DNA of 64,000 bases. It comes from a virus. Lineage: Duplodnaviria > Caudoviricetes. Under the pieces are notes generated by a model. It worked only from the letters and a program-made list of their open reading frames with translations, ran no database searches and had not been told where the DNA came from. Shown here piece by piece: positions 1 to 14,300 of this stretch (within the stretch, counting starts at the first letter, position 1; the number at the start of each line of letters is the position of its first letter). The DNA lies in IMG/VR virus record IMGVR_UViG_3300013901_000005, positions 64,001 through 128,000 of that record; one strand, written 5' to 3'. A program made the translations under genes and the position numbers.

Positions 1-263
1 ATTTTAATAACTGGTATTCACAGCAGTCTACTGTAAATTAGAACGATGCTTCTTTGTTGAAAATGCAACCAGAATACTAGAAATATGAAAAAATAATGAG
101 TGATATTAAAATCAAACAAAATGCCAAAGCATTATAGACGTATATGGCAATTACGGGTCAAAATTACATACCAGATAATTATTGGATAAAACCAAAAAAT
201 TTATAGGATAAAAAATATAAGACTGGAGGAAAACTAATTCCTAAAAATAAGTTTTTGAAATGA
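1..263 (+). CDS. C-terminal part of a putative virion cargo protein (5' partial; TAG=Gln)
   Basis: Frame 3 is open from the window edge to TGA 261-263 if TAG is read through. Ends ...KKYKTGGKLIPKNKFLK*. Stop overlaps the next ATG (ATGA). Confidence 0.75.
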
Positions 264-2119
264 AAATAATACCAAAATATCAATAGGGAGGTTATGCCTC
301 TTATTTTGCACAATATACAGCAGTTCCTTTTCCGACTACTTAGCAATAGAAAGCTGTAGCTTCGGAAAAGGAGCCTGTTACAACTAAATCAAAAGATACA
401 AAAGATGAGAATATATCATAGAAAGATATATTAGATTTAATGAAAAATACAAAAGGTCTTGCAAATGAGATGCAGTAGACAATGTCTGGACTTGTCAATT
501 CAATGAAATTGTCATCAATGCTTGGCGCTACATCTGATGATATGCTTCGTATTTATGCATAGTTTAAAGTATAGAGCGAGATAATGGCAAATAATAAGGT
601 TGAGTTTGACAAAGCCGTTGATCAATTAAAAAAAGACGGATCACTTACTGATCCAGCTATTTCCACTACAGGAAATCTTTTATATCAAAAAAGAGATGGA
701 TCACTAGGTGAAGTTTCCGTTTAGGCATATTTATCAAATCCGAAAAACTACACAGTAATATCAAATGATCAATTTACTAAACTTAGGCAATACAGTTCTA
801 GTATGGCTTTTGATAAAGACTATATAAATGTATTGGATAATTCAATGAGTGCATAGAAGTTTAATAAAATAGTCAAAGATTTAAAAAATGATATTGGAGA
901 GTCGAATACGTCATTTAGTGGTGTAGCAAATTATAATTAGAATTTAAAAGAAGGACTTACTGCACTTAACAATCTTTCAGATGAGGATAAAAGCAGAATT
1001 TTAAGTAATTTTAGTAAGACTGGAATATATGATTTTACTGTTGTTCATAATTCAAATGCAAAACAAATACAATAGGTTATAAAGACAATTACTGATCTAA
1101 TGCCAGACAATGCGAAAACCTGGGCTGCATATAAAGTAGGCAAAAAAGACAAGGAAGCCGCCACGATGGCAGTTGTAGCTGGATTACTGCTTGGGGGAAT
1201 AAAGACAACAGATACTTACGATGTCAAATATGGAAAAACAAAAGATGGAACTAGCTCATAGGGCGGAGGTTCTGATAGTGATGATGTTAAAATAAATACA
1301 GCGACTAAATTTGTGATTGGTGGAGGAAACCCAACATAGTTTATTATACATTCCGATGGTGGTTCTGGCATTTAGGTTTCTGCTAGAGTTATGCCACTAA
1401 CTACAAATAATGGAGATTATCTAGGCACAAATGCTACTGCATAGAGTGCCTTTTCTGGGCAGTTTAGCCCTGTTCTTGATGCATAGAATATTACGGTTGC
1501 GGGAAAGCATATTGATACTGCTCTTTTAAATGAGATAATTGTAAGAGATGGAAATATTGCTTCGGTAGATTTTCCTATTATTAGAGATTAGAATGGAGAT
1601 ATCAGACCTGATCTCAGTTTGGAAACTGTTTCAAAGAAATTAAAAGCAGATAAAGAGCTTTAGAGAATGGGAATAAATATTAATGATCCAGAATAGGTTA
1701 AAAACAATATAGATAAAATTAATTAGGTTTATCAGAAATGTTAGTTGCCACCAGCATACAATTAGGATGGAACTCCAAATAATACGACTTGGATGAGATT
1801 TGGTGTTATGAATGTTCAGACAACAGAAAATGTAATTGGCGACGATGTTGATCAAAGGCTAGTTTAGGAAATATAGGATAAAAATATTATTAACAATTTT
1901 AAACGAATAATGAAGGGCGTAGATAAAAATTATCAATTTCCTTCTGGTATTTTTAGCACTGATACAGTGTATAACACTGAATTATGGGTACCTCTTAAAG
2001 TTGATGTTAATACGTCAATGGCTAATGAAAAGATAAAACCTGGTCAATTTAATGATATAGAAGCAAAACAATAGGCTGCTCAAAAGCATGCCTAGTTAAC
2101 AAATAGTAGAATATACTGA
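260..2119 (+). CDS. Putative virion cargo protein, 619 aa (TAG=Gln)
   Basis: ATG 260, MKIIPKYQ(TAG)GGY... In the lines checked, frame 2 is interrupted only by TAG until TGA 2117-2119. Lies upstream of the giant cargo genes typical of Crassvirales. Confidence 0.8.
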
Positions 2120-2120
2120 T

Positions 2121-5100
2121 ATGGACGAGAAAAAATATGACTTGTTTACAAATATGGCATATAATTAGAATTTTTCATATGATGATCTTATATCAGCTGG
2201 ATTAAATTCTAATAACACAGAGTTGAAAGATAAAGATACTTATAAGAATAGTGAAAAGGTCTAGGAGATGTTTAAGAATGATAGCGGCTAGTTCGATGAA
2301 TAGAAATTTAACAATTTCTACAATACAGCCTTGTCATTTTATAATCAAATGGCAACTTCTGATTATGAGACCTCCGTTGCAAAATCTGCAATATACCATA
2401 GGGATAATATATTTGCACCGGCAGAATAGCGACAACAAGGGCCGTAGTTTTAGATGTATTAGACAATAAATCCATGGCATACAACAGAAGGTCTTACGGA
2501 GTTAGGAAAAATAAATGAATCACCATTATCTCTTTCTGAATTAGCCCAGAATTATAAAGTTTTATTAAACCCCGTTGAGGCAGAGAATAATCCTTCAAAA
2601 GCAAAATGGGGAGATGCTCCAAATGATAATTTTATGGGTTATTTCTTTGACACACTTGTCCTTGCTACTTATGATAAAGATACTATTGAAACTGATCCAA
2701 TAACAGGTGAATAGAAAAAACATTTTAAAGGAGAGCCAAAGACAAGCCCAGAAGGTGAGTTCTATTACGAAAGATTGGATGGACGGGATCCATATGGGAA
2801 ATAGGTTTTAAATAAAATGAATATTCTCACAAAAGATGGATCAGCTTGGAATAGATTCGATATATTCGATTCTGATGATAAAGACAATGGATGGGTTAAA
2901 ACAATTTTAAAGAATACGGCTCTTGTTGGAGCCATGTTTCTTCCGTATGTTGGTGGATTCTTTAGAGGGGTAAGTGTGCTTACGCAGTCTGTAGGTTTAT
3001 TAGGTACTTTAGGAAAAATCGCTGTTGGTAGTGATAGTGATTTATTTAACAATATGGAAGGATGGTCGATGTCAGTTAATAGACAGACCGCTCGTTCAGA
3101 ATATGCACAGCAGAATGTTTGGTGCGTAGAAAATATGATAAATCTTATAGGTGATGCTGTAGCTTAGCTTGCTGAATAGAGATGGATATTTGAAAAAGGA
3201 TCTTCACTTATCTCTGGAGCAGATATCATAACAGAAGCTGGATAGGCTAAAAAACAAAAACAATTATTAGACTAGATATTAAAAAACAATCAAATAAAAA
3301 TAGATGCTATTCTGAAAGACCCAAAAAATATTGGAAAAGCCATGGAGGCATCTGCAATATTAACAAAACACGCTGAACTAGAGGCTGCCAATCAATTAAA
3401 AAACTTGGTTAAAAGTTCATAGAATATTTCTAGTATTATTAGTAAAGCATACATGACTGGTATTACGGTAAAAGATATGTATGGTGAAGCCAAGGCAGCT
3501 GGAGCATCCGATACTGATGCTGCTCTTTTAACTATAGGGTATGCAGCCGCTGAGTACGCACTTTTAAGTACAGGTCTTGGTGAATTGGTATTGCCAGAAC
3601 TACGAGCTGGCCGATATAGAATTGAAGCAATTAACAAAGCTCTTTTCCAAAAGAAAAACGAAGCTCTTAAATCAATAACAAATTAGTTTGGAAATACAAC
3701 AACAGAATAGGCTAAAAGAGCATATGTATCAAAAATGATACAATTTGGAAAAGACATTGTTTCTGGAGTAAAAGTTACTGGAGCAAAAACTGCAAATGCT
3801 ACTTTTGCTGCTGCTTTAGGAGAGGCTACAGAAGAAACTTCTGAAGAAGTATTAGCTGATTTTATGAGAAGTTGCCACAATATATCATAGTGGCTTTAGG
3901 GTAAAGACGATTATATGAAAGCGTTTGGATATGATACGACCACTGGGAAATTTGATATGGATGATATATCTTCGAGATATGGAATGTCATTTATAGGAGG
4001 TTTTATAGGAGGTGGTGTAGCAAATGCAGGAATGAATTACAAAGCAATACACTAGGCAATCTCGTATACTCCAGAAACCGCAATGAGAGAACTGGTTAAT
4101 ATGACCAGAAATAATGAACTTGATGAATATAAGAAATACACAAATAAATAGATATTAGGAAATCCGAATTTATCAGCAACAAATTATGATGTTATTGATG
4201 GAAAAATAATTTGGCAATAGGGAACGAAATCGGATAATCAAAATATTGCTGCACACAAAGCACTGGATAAACAACTTGAAATTATTTAGAGTATTTTAAC
4301 AGCAAATGGTGCAAAATCAGATAATGAGTTTTTGGATACAAATACTCTTGGTGATTTTCGTTTTATGGCACTGCACGATTCAACAACAGCTGGAGCATAT
4401 CTTGATCATTATAATAAATTAAATGTTGATTTAGTAAAATCAATGTCAGAATTAGAAACCTTAATAAATACAAAGGCTGATATAAATAATGATGGAGTCG
4501 TAGAGGATAAAGAAAAACGAAATGCATAGAAAGACAAATAGGATGATACACCATCAACTGAAAGAATAAATCAACAAATTGAATAGAAGAAAAAGCAAAT
4601 AGAAGACATTAAAAAAGAATTACAGGATTTACAAGAAGGTAAATATGCATATAAATTTATCGCACAGTCATTATTTGAAATGACTACAGCGTTAAGCAGT
4701 AATTTTACCTCACCAATATATGCAATATATGCCGAAAGAAAATATCACAAAAAATATGATGATTTAAGTGATGAAGAAAAGTAGAAAGCTCTTGACGAAT
4801 GGAAGAATTTCTCAAATCTTGATGGATCAATACGTTTTCAGACTCTTACTGATATGTATCTTGATATTGCAAAAAAGGCAAGTGATGTCATAAAACAACA
4901 CAGTGAGAAGTATCTTTCCGAAGATAAAAATTTTGGAAAATTTGATGCATATTTATCTAGGATTTTTAATTTTAACGCAAAATCTGAAGAAGATTGGATA
5001 GAGAATCTTTCAAAAGCACTTGCAGATCCAAATGAAGTCAATCAACTTGGAATGGCATTACATAATGTCTTCCTTAATGATGAATTGTTTAATCTTTTAA

Positions 5101-8100
5101 AAAACGTTAAAAGTAAATATAAACTTGAAGAACCGAAAGTAGCAGATCCTAAAAATCCAACACAAGATGAACAATTAGCCATAGATGCTTATCAAACAGC
5201 ATATGAATCAATGCAAAAAGAAATGTTAAATACTTATAATCAGTATTTAACTAATAATTTATAGCCGATTTTACAAAAATATATTGATAGGGGATATGCT
5301 ACATAGACTACAAAAGACGCTTTATTAAAGATAATATATAGTAGAATTAATTTTTTAGAAGAAAATGAAGAGTTCGATTTACTTGATTAGCTTAATGACT
5401 TACAAGCTAAAATACAGAATTTAAATCGTACCCCATTTGAGGAAAACTTAGATTAGTTCGCAATATCCGTTGGAAAGAAAGCAATTAAATTAACGGATTT
5501 GATAAATAAATTATAGAAATCTCTTAATACAAATAGAAATAGTATTGAGAGTTTTTAGATGTCAAATGAATTATTTAAAGAGTTAAATAATGCGTTAAAG
5601 TTAATATCATTATATAAAGCAGCAATAGAGGGTGCATAGACTGATAATGCAAATCTTGGAAATCTTTTTGGATTTAACGCTACACTTAATGAAGTTGCAA
5701 AGAAGGTAGGTGATACTGAATTTGATGGACTTGCAGAAATAGACGATAATACAGCGTAGATATTATTGCGTGATTTGGAAGTAAATTATCAAAGACTTCT
5801 TACTATTAAATAGTTATATTTATATAATAGAGGATAGAAATTACAATTATAGGATAGGGTAGCACTTAATTTTAATAGTATTTTATATAAGAAATTTAGA
5901 TATATAATTTCAATTCTTGATAAAGAAAAATTTAAGGATTGGGATAAAATTGATCTTCTTAAAAATGCAATTACAAATAGCGCAATTCATCAAAAAACAA
6001 TTGATGATAATTTAAAAACACTTACATAGGAATAGGAAAAACAATACATAAGAGAATAGATTGATATTGAAAATGCAGTATTTGATGTATTTAATTCAAA
6101 TATTGATAAAATATAGGATTTTATTGAAGAATTAGATATTTTTAATTCTGACGAAAAATTGCTTACTGAAGAATTAGATTCGATTACCGACAAAGAGTTT
6201 ATATGGTATTTGGCGAGTAGGACTGCTGTTAAATCAGAATAGTTTTATACTTTATATAAAGACGTAATTGATCCAGAATCAAAAAAACCAATAGCGCCAT
6301 TGATTACATAGGAACTTGGTATTTACAATCAGTTTGCTAGTATTGTTAATGGAAATATTTTTTCTCAGTTTAGAAAAGCAACAAATAATGCAATATTAAA
6401 TAAATTCCATAAATTATCAGAAGATGATAAGAAAAAAGTCCTTGGAAATACATATGATATTTATTCAAAATCAAAAAATTATGGTGGAGATAAAATAATA
6501 GGAACTTTATTGAATCTTACAAAATTTGATGGATTTGCATTAGTTGAGGGAGCCGCTGGTACTGGCAAAACAAAGGCAATTGATTTTGTTACTGTTTAGA
6601 TGCTAAAAAACTATGCCTCTGATAAAAATAATCCGTTAAGTCATGTTGCAATAGTTCATGGAGGATCGAAAGCCTCTGCAATTGATATTTAGTCTTCAAT
6701 AAATATTGAAAAAAGTGAATCTTTTGGGAAATAGGATTTCATGAAAATAATGAACCCAAATTGGAAAGAATTAGAATGGGATGATAAATCTCAATCATTT
6801 AAAATAGATCCTTCAAAATATTAGATAAATAGCCAAGGATTATTCGTATCAACAGACTAGGCAGCTGCTAGCTCGAATCCGTTTAGTCTTATTATTATTG
6901 ATGAGATTCAATAGTTTAGTACTTTTGATATGGATATTATTATGGATTATGCAAATAAGCATAATATATCCGTAGTAGTATCTGGTGATTTTGACTAGTA
7001 GGGAGTAGAATCTTCAATATAGTTAGATAATTCTAACATATATAATGCTGGATTAACAGAACAGGAATTTATCCATTCTCCAAAATTGGGTGTGATAATG
7101 AGAACCGATAATGAACTAAAATCATAGAATACTATTGGTTTCTAGGCTTTCATGAATGACGAAACACTTCAGCACAATCCTTTTGAATTTAATTATTATG
7201 AAGATGAGAATGGTCTTTGGGGAGATAAAGTGATATATCATGAACATAATAAGATCGAAGAAGAAGATATAAAAGAATTGGATAAATTGTTTAATTATTT
7301 AAATGAAAGTGAGAAAATCGGATTTATATATGACGACGAAACTTCTAAGTTATACTAGCTTTTACAAACTGAAAAATATAAGAATAAAGTTGATTTTAAA
7401 AAAGGTAGTTCTGCTCTTGGTTTAGAAGCTAGATATTATATAATTGAGACAAATCCTAATTCATTAAATAGATATTTAAAAAACATATATACTGGTATTA
7501 CGAGATCTACATAGGGAAGCCTTTTATTTGCTCCATCATCAACTACTAAATAGGGCAAGTAGATCTAGTTGATGAACAAAAAATCTAATGAACTTATTTA
7601 GGAACCTTTGCCTATATCATAGGTTAGGAAGTATGCAAATAAACGAAAAACAATATTAACAGAAGTATTAAATGCTACTGAGAAACCGTAGCTCATACCG
7701 AGAACTGCCGAATAGAAAAAATCACCAGTAAATAATCAATAGACAACACAATAGAAAAAAACATATAATTTTGCAACTGGCTCTGTTTTAGGGAAAAATT
7801 CTAATTATACTAATATTGACGCTTCTAGTTTTACAGAATTTTCAACCGATGAATAGGAATCTCTTTTTGGTGAATTATGGAAATAGAATAAAATCAACGA
7901 TGCAGATATAAAATCATTTACTTTTGTTGGAGATATTGGTAATGGACAATAGAGAGGATAGACAAAAGTAATATATTATAATAATGAATATTATCTAGTA
8001 ACTTCAAAAGGAACTGCAAGATGGGATAAGTCAACAAATTTCTGGAGTTTTGCCAAAAATAATTCTACATCTAATGAAGAGGCAATAAAAATTTTACAAA

Positions 8101-11100
8101 CATTAAACAGTTCTGATAGCGTATTTAGAAAAGGGGTTATCGCAGTTGATTTTGGTGCTTTAGACAAAAGTAATTCTTTTAATTTTTTGAATTACACAAA
8201 TACTTTTACTAATAATGATTATTTAGATGAATCTAAATATCAAAGTAAACAAAACGTTACCCATGGAAATCAAGCTGACCCAAATTATTCACAAAAAGAA
8301 TTAATCGATAGGTTTGGAGATTTATATTCATCTAATCAATTATCATTATTCGGATTTGAAGAGATTGGAAAAACCGGACAAACACCAATTATAAAATCCG
8401 ATGGTGATTATTATGCTATTGATGCATATGAACCAATAGTATATAAATGGAATAATGGAAAATGGGATGTTCTTGATGGCTTTTCCGTATAGCCAGAAAG
8501 AGCATTAGAACGATTGTAGGAAATAAATAGTTTAGATTCTAGTAATGCTATTGATAATGCTGTTGATTATAATCTATTAGTAGATAAGGATAGAATTGCA
8601 TTTTATTCATTTATAAAGAATTTTAATATTAATAAAACACTTTCTGAATAGGATATTATATAGATTACAAATAATTCCAAACCAAGTGATTTAGAAGTTT
8701 TACAAGATATTGCAACAGGAGTTTCTGTATAGGAAAATCAGCAATAGGTTGATACTGATAATGATGATAGGGTATTACCAACAGTAAATATTGATAATAG
8801 TAGTTAGGCTATAAATATAAATTCTATTTTATTTTCTTTTAACACTTTTGAATTAGGAGTAAGATTGGATTAGAATGGAAATCCAATCACCGATGAAAGT
8901 ACACCATATCGTATAGATGGATATAATGGATTAAGTAAAATAAATCCAAATATTTCTGTTTAGGATATAATTAATACACTGAAATTGTTAAGAGAAATTT
9001 TACTTTCTGGTAATGACTAGAAAACTATGGAAAATCTTATTAAAAGTGTATTAATAGCAAATGGTTATTTCGATAATAATTCTGATCCATATATACGTTT
9101 CGCATTTAAGTTCTCTGCAATACTTTCTAAAGGAAAAGAATTTGCAAGTAAAGGAGACAATTTAATATATGAAAAAGGTGCTGATGAGCGTTCTATTTAT
9201 AATGGTAATAATCAAGGTGATAGATCTGGGGAAGTAAATAGACATACAATAGTGGCTATAATAGGAGATAAAAAATCAAGTAAAATAGTTGAAATACCAC
9301 TTTTATCATTAACTTCTCCATTTACTTTAGCATATCAGACTGACTAGAATGGATCTTATATATTCCCAGAAATTGTAGATTATATTGAAACATATCGTCA
9401 AAATAATGCTAATGATATATCACTTCATGAATTATCTAGTAAGATAGTGGAAACATTTGACAATAATCAATATGCAAAATACAAGAGTTTAATTAATTTA
9501 TTTAAATTATTCAATGTTGGTAGCAATACAATAGTTTATCTAAATTATGATAAAAATTCTTTTATGCCTAATATGACAAGACTTGGCCCATAGGTTTCTG
9601 TAAAAAGAGGAGATTATAGTATTGCTGAAGGATTTGAGTATGATTCAAATGACGACGCAAATGAAAAACCAATTTCTGAAATTATAGCAGAATCACCATT
9701 TAACTTTTTATCTGCGCCAATAACACTAATATAGGATAACCCAAATCTACCAGTAAAAAAAGGTTCTCCAATTATGTTGTTTTCGGATTCTTCATTTTAT
9801 ACTTCTGATGAATAGATAATTCAGAGATTTATAGAAGAACAGAGTAATCCATCTCTTCCAAAACATATTAATTATTTTTATGTAAATCCACCTAAATATA
9901 ATATTAGAGATTATTTTATAAACAAATTTAATATTATTAGTAATAATGCATATGTTCCATCTCTTGGAAATCCATTAACTACTTTTAATATATTAGATAA
10001 AATATTTTCAAGTCAAGCGTGTCTTGCTAGATTTAAACAATATTTTAACAATGATGAATATTTTTAGAAAATTAAAAATATATATGATTAGGCGAAGCAA
10101 TTAGACAATATTAAAGACAGAGTTGGATTTTTAATGGGAGTAGATCCTGATGAAAAGTATTCCAGAACTGGATTAATTGATAGGTATATAGTTAATTCAT
10201 TTAGATCTTATCTTTCTGCAACAGATGAAATTTCGGCCAATCTAAATGATCTAGTCTCAATTTGTTAGGATGCTGGAATTTCAGAAGTGTATGTGCATAC
10301 TACTCTTATGAAGGGTTCTGAATATAATGGATTTGTAAAAGTAAATTCATCGAATTACCAATATAATCAAATACCTTTTACTGCAAGGATTAAATTAGAT
10401 TAGACTACTTTCTAGGGAGATGTAAATGGTATGGTTGAGCATGTACTAAAAAATCTCCATTATGACAAATCAACTAAACAATATTGGTCTAATTACGATA
10501 AATCATACAAACAACATGATTGTTCAATTCGGTCTACACCTAATAATAATATTACAATTGATTTAGGCTACATATATCAAAATGCAAATACAATTGCAAA
10601 TAATCATACTTTGTTATAGTAGACAATACAATATTTAGATAATATATATAAAACTACTGGTGAATATATTTTCTTATTTAAAGATATTTCTGGAAAATAC
10701 TGTGCAAAATCGTTAGGCAAAATAACGAATCCGGAAAAAATTCCTGTTGCTTCTGAATATTATAATAAAGAGGAAATAAAAAATCATAAATTTGATCATA
10801 CAGTTTTATTTAAAACTACAGATGAAAGAGGAAGGACGGTATATGTTGAGATAAATAGTATTTCAGCAAAATCATATACAATTGCGAATAATCCAAATAT
10901 AGAAAATTAGGAAAATTAGGAAATATTCGATATTATTAATATAAGTTCATTAGATTCAATAATTGGAAATAAACTTATTAATAATTCACAATATAAAAAT
11001 GAAATAGAATATTTTATGATGGATGATGCGCAATATAATAATATGCTAGCTACACGCTTACAATACGAAGAAGATCCTACAGATAATCAAAATGATCAAT

Positions 11101-11384
11101 AGTAGGTAATTGATCAAGAACAACAACAAAAATAGTTTAAAGAAGACATTAATGCTTTGCTTAGCTTGTTTAATGATGATGTAATAAAGCACGAAATTGA
11201 AGCAAACCGTTTTTATCAAGAAGACATTGAGGCTTGTAGCAATTCAATAGATGATTTTAAATCATTTTTGTCAGCAGCTGGAGTAGATGAATTCAGAAGA
11301 ATATTACAAAAATATATAGGAAAACACAATATAACCAAAGAACTTATAGATAGATTAACAAGAATAGATGGAACTTGTTCATAA
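2121..11384 (+). CDS. Giant virion cargo protein, 3087 aa (TAG=Gln), with Gly/Ala-rich hydrophobic segments and a central SF1 helicase domain
   Basis: The frame-3 fragments of the ORF track (2817, 3453, 4332, 4854, 7152, 8187, 9027, 10431, 11157) join through TAG. Walker A GAAGTGKT (6549-6572), Walker B LIIIDE, motif III SGDFD(TAG)(TAG)G, motif VI YTGITRS. Ends ...DGTCS TAA. Confidence 0.85.
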
Positions 11385-11399
11385 TAAAATAAATATAAT

Positions 11400-14300
11400 A
11401 TGATAACTTGTGCAATAACAATTCCGGCGATAATCGGAAAAGCAAGAATAATTTGTAAGTTATATGAATAGAATAACAGATCTGATGCTCGAAAATTAAT
11501 ATTTGAATTATGCCAATAGATAAAAAACAGTTCAAATAATGACGAATAGAGAAATCAATTTGTTAATAGTTTGATAACTTCTTTAAAAAGAAATGGTTCT
11601 ACAGTAATTGATCCAAATATCACATTTTAGTATTTAACTAATGTGATAATGTCTGATAACAGTTCAATGGAACATTTTGTAAGACAAAGCCGTACTAGCC
11701 AAATTTTTGATGATCCTGAAGAATTTTCAAATATTCAATAGGCTCCATTTAAATTTTTGGAAGATGCTTATGGAGGATCAAGTGCGAAAAAACCAGCTCT
11801 TAGTGAATAGGAGAATAATTTAATAGATGTGATTTTATTTGGGAGGCAAGGATTAAACTTGCCTCACCAAAGAGTTTTGAATATGACTCAATTAAATGAG
11901 AATATAAGAGCTTATCAAGAATATCTTTTTTAGAATATTGTAAAATATTTTGAATATTTGAAAGATAATATATTATAGAATAAGGCAAAAGCAAATATTG
12001 AAACTGATTTAAAAGAAATATTTGATTTTCCGCGTTTGTATATATCAAATGGCGGTTCTTTTGTAAATTCTGGACAATTAGATGTGTTACAGAAATATAT
12101 ATAGACTTATCTTAATTTATCACCAGACGCTCTTACGGATTTATACAATAATACTGCATATAAGAATGATGGTAGTTTTGATAAATTGAAATTAGATGCA
12201 TATAATTCATATGTCTTTTTATAGAATTACGATCATTTCCTTTTAAGTATTTTTGGAAAAAGTATTTAGATAAATGATTTTGGAAAATTAACTGGAAAGG
12301 ATAAATATACTTTAAATAAAGGAACTGGTAGGAATACTTCAAATTGGAATACTGATAATATGGATGTCTCTGAGTAGGCTGATGTACTCACCAAGTTAGT
12401 ATTGAACCATACACCATATTATAAAAACGGCTCAAATTCTCCAGTTATTGGAAAATTTATTTCATTTTAGAATTTTTAGCATATAACTGGAAAAATAAAG
12501 TCATTATATTTCAATCCTATATTTGCAACATTAGATTTTAAAAATCCTATTATACTTGCATAGTTTGGTTTATCAGAGGATGCATGGAAATATTTTGCTG
12601 GGAAAACTTTTAGATAGGCTCTCGCTGAAGTTAAATATAATTATAGGGACAGAATAGGATATATATATGAATTATTATTAAATAATCAATTTTATAATTA
12701 GTATAATAAAGTATTGAATAATCTTTTTACGGAAGATGAATTTAATATATTATATTCTACTTATAAAGAGATTTATCAGAAGGGTGCGAATAGTATTTTT
12801 GAATTATCCAAAATGCAAGGGTTATTTGATATGGCATCATATATATCGTCAACGGCAGTTGATATATATAATAACGAATTAGTATAGTTTTATCGTTCTT
12901 CAGATAATGATATTGTTGCTAGAACGCTTTCGGATTAGTCTGTTTCAAATATAAAAAGGCAATTCGAGGTTTCCCTACAATTATGGAATATGAAAGATCG
13001 TTTTTTAGATTATGATTTGTATTTAGGAAAACATTTTAGACAAATAACGGAAGAAATGACAAAGTCTGGAGTAAAGACAATAAAATTTGTTACAACTGAT
13101 GGATACACAATTAGTTATACGCCTTCTACTTTAAATGTCAATACAATGATTGATGATAAGAGGAAGTGGGATTTAATTAATCTTATTTTAAACCCATTAA
13201 ATTTAAATAACAATATTGATTTTTATAATTCATTTATATAGAAATATGATTCAAGAGAATAGGCCAATAGAGTTCTTTTTGGTCTTGCTATAAATGTTCT
13301 TGGAAATTCATATATATCAGCAAAATATATAGAGCCACTTAATAACAAAACAGATATAAATAATAAAATAACTGAATATTTTGGTACAAAAAGTGCCCCA
13401 AAATTTAACAATAAAACTCTTGATTTTATACATGGATATAATACAAAAGCACTTTAGAATCTAGCCAATACATAGGCTGATTTATCTGGTTTGACAACTG
13501 CTACTTTAGTTAAAAGTGGTGATAAGAAAAACCAAAATAAACAAACGCTTAGCCGATTATTTGGTTCATTTTTTGAGCAATTTGAATTATAGGATAAACA
13601 AGAGACATCAGCAGTACGCACACTTACTTTGTTGTCAAGCCCAAATTATTTTAAAGGAATTTTCTAGGCAAAAGAATATTTTGATTTCTTTGGAAATACA
13701 AAAGAAATTACAGATATGAACGCAGCAGAAATGTTTTTTCCAATGTTTATTACAAATTATATGACTTAGTATTCGCCGAATGGGAATTTCTTAGGTAATG
13801 GATTGGGCGCATTTCTTATTTCTGTAAATTCCGATAAACCTAATATAAGTTGTATGACAACTGATTTAAATGCAATAATATATAATGGGAAATCAATAAA
13901 CTAGATGTCTTCAGAAGAGCTAGATTAGCTTATTTCAAATGATTTTGGAAATGTATATTAGAATATTATAGAAAATGTATTATAGGATTTCGATACTTTT
14001 TATAATGCATTAAAAGTACAGGGAAATTAGGAAATTAGATTAATTTGGAAAAATAAAGCTGAATTGAGAAAAGACTTTTTTGATAATTTTTAGAAATTTA
14101 ATGCATATTGCAATGATAATAATATTTCTCCTAGTAACAAAATGTATGAATTACGAAGAGAATATGAAGATATTGATTAGCATGAGCCAATCAATTTCAT
14201 AGACCAAATTCATTACTATTCTGATAAATCTGGAAATATATGTTCAAATAAAACTTTAATAAGTCAATTATATAGATTTAAACCAGAGTATTTTAACAAA

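Noticed and set aside
10902-10925. Short tandem repeats such as GAAAATTAG x2 (also CAAATA x3 near 15544)
   Set aside because: Low-copy in-frame duplications in variable linkers; not CRISPR or regulatory arrays.
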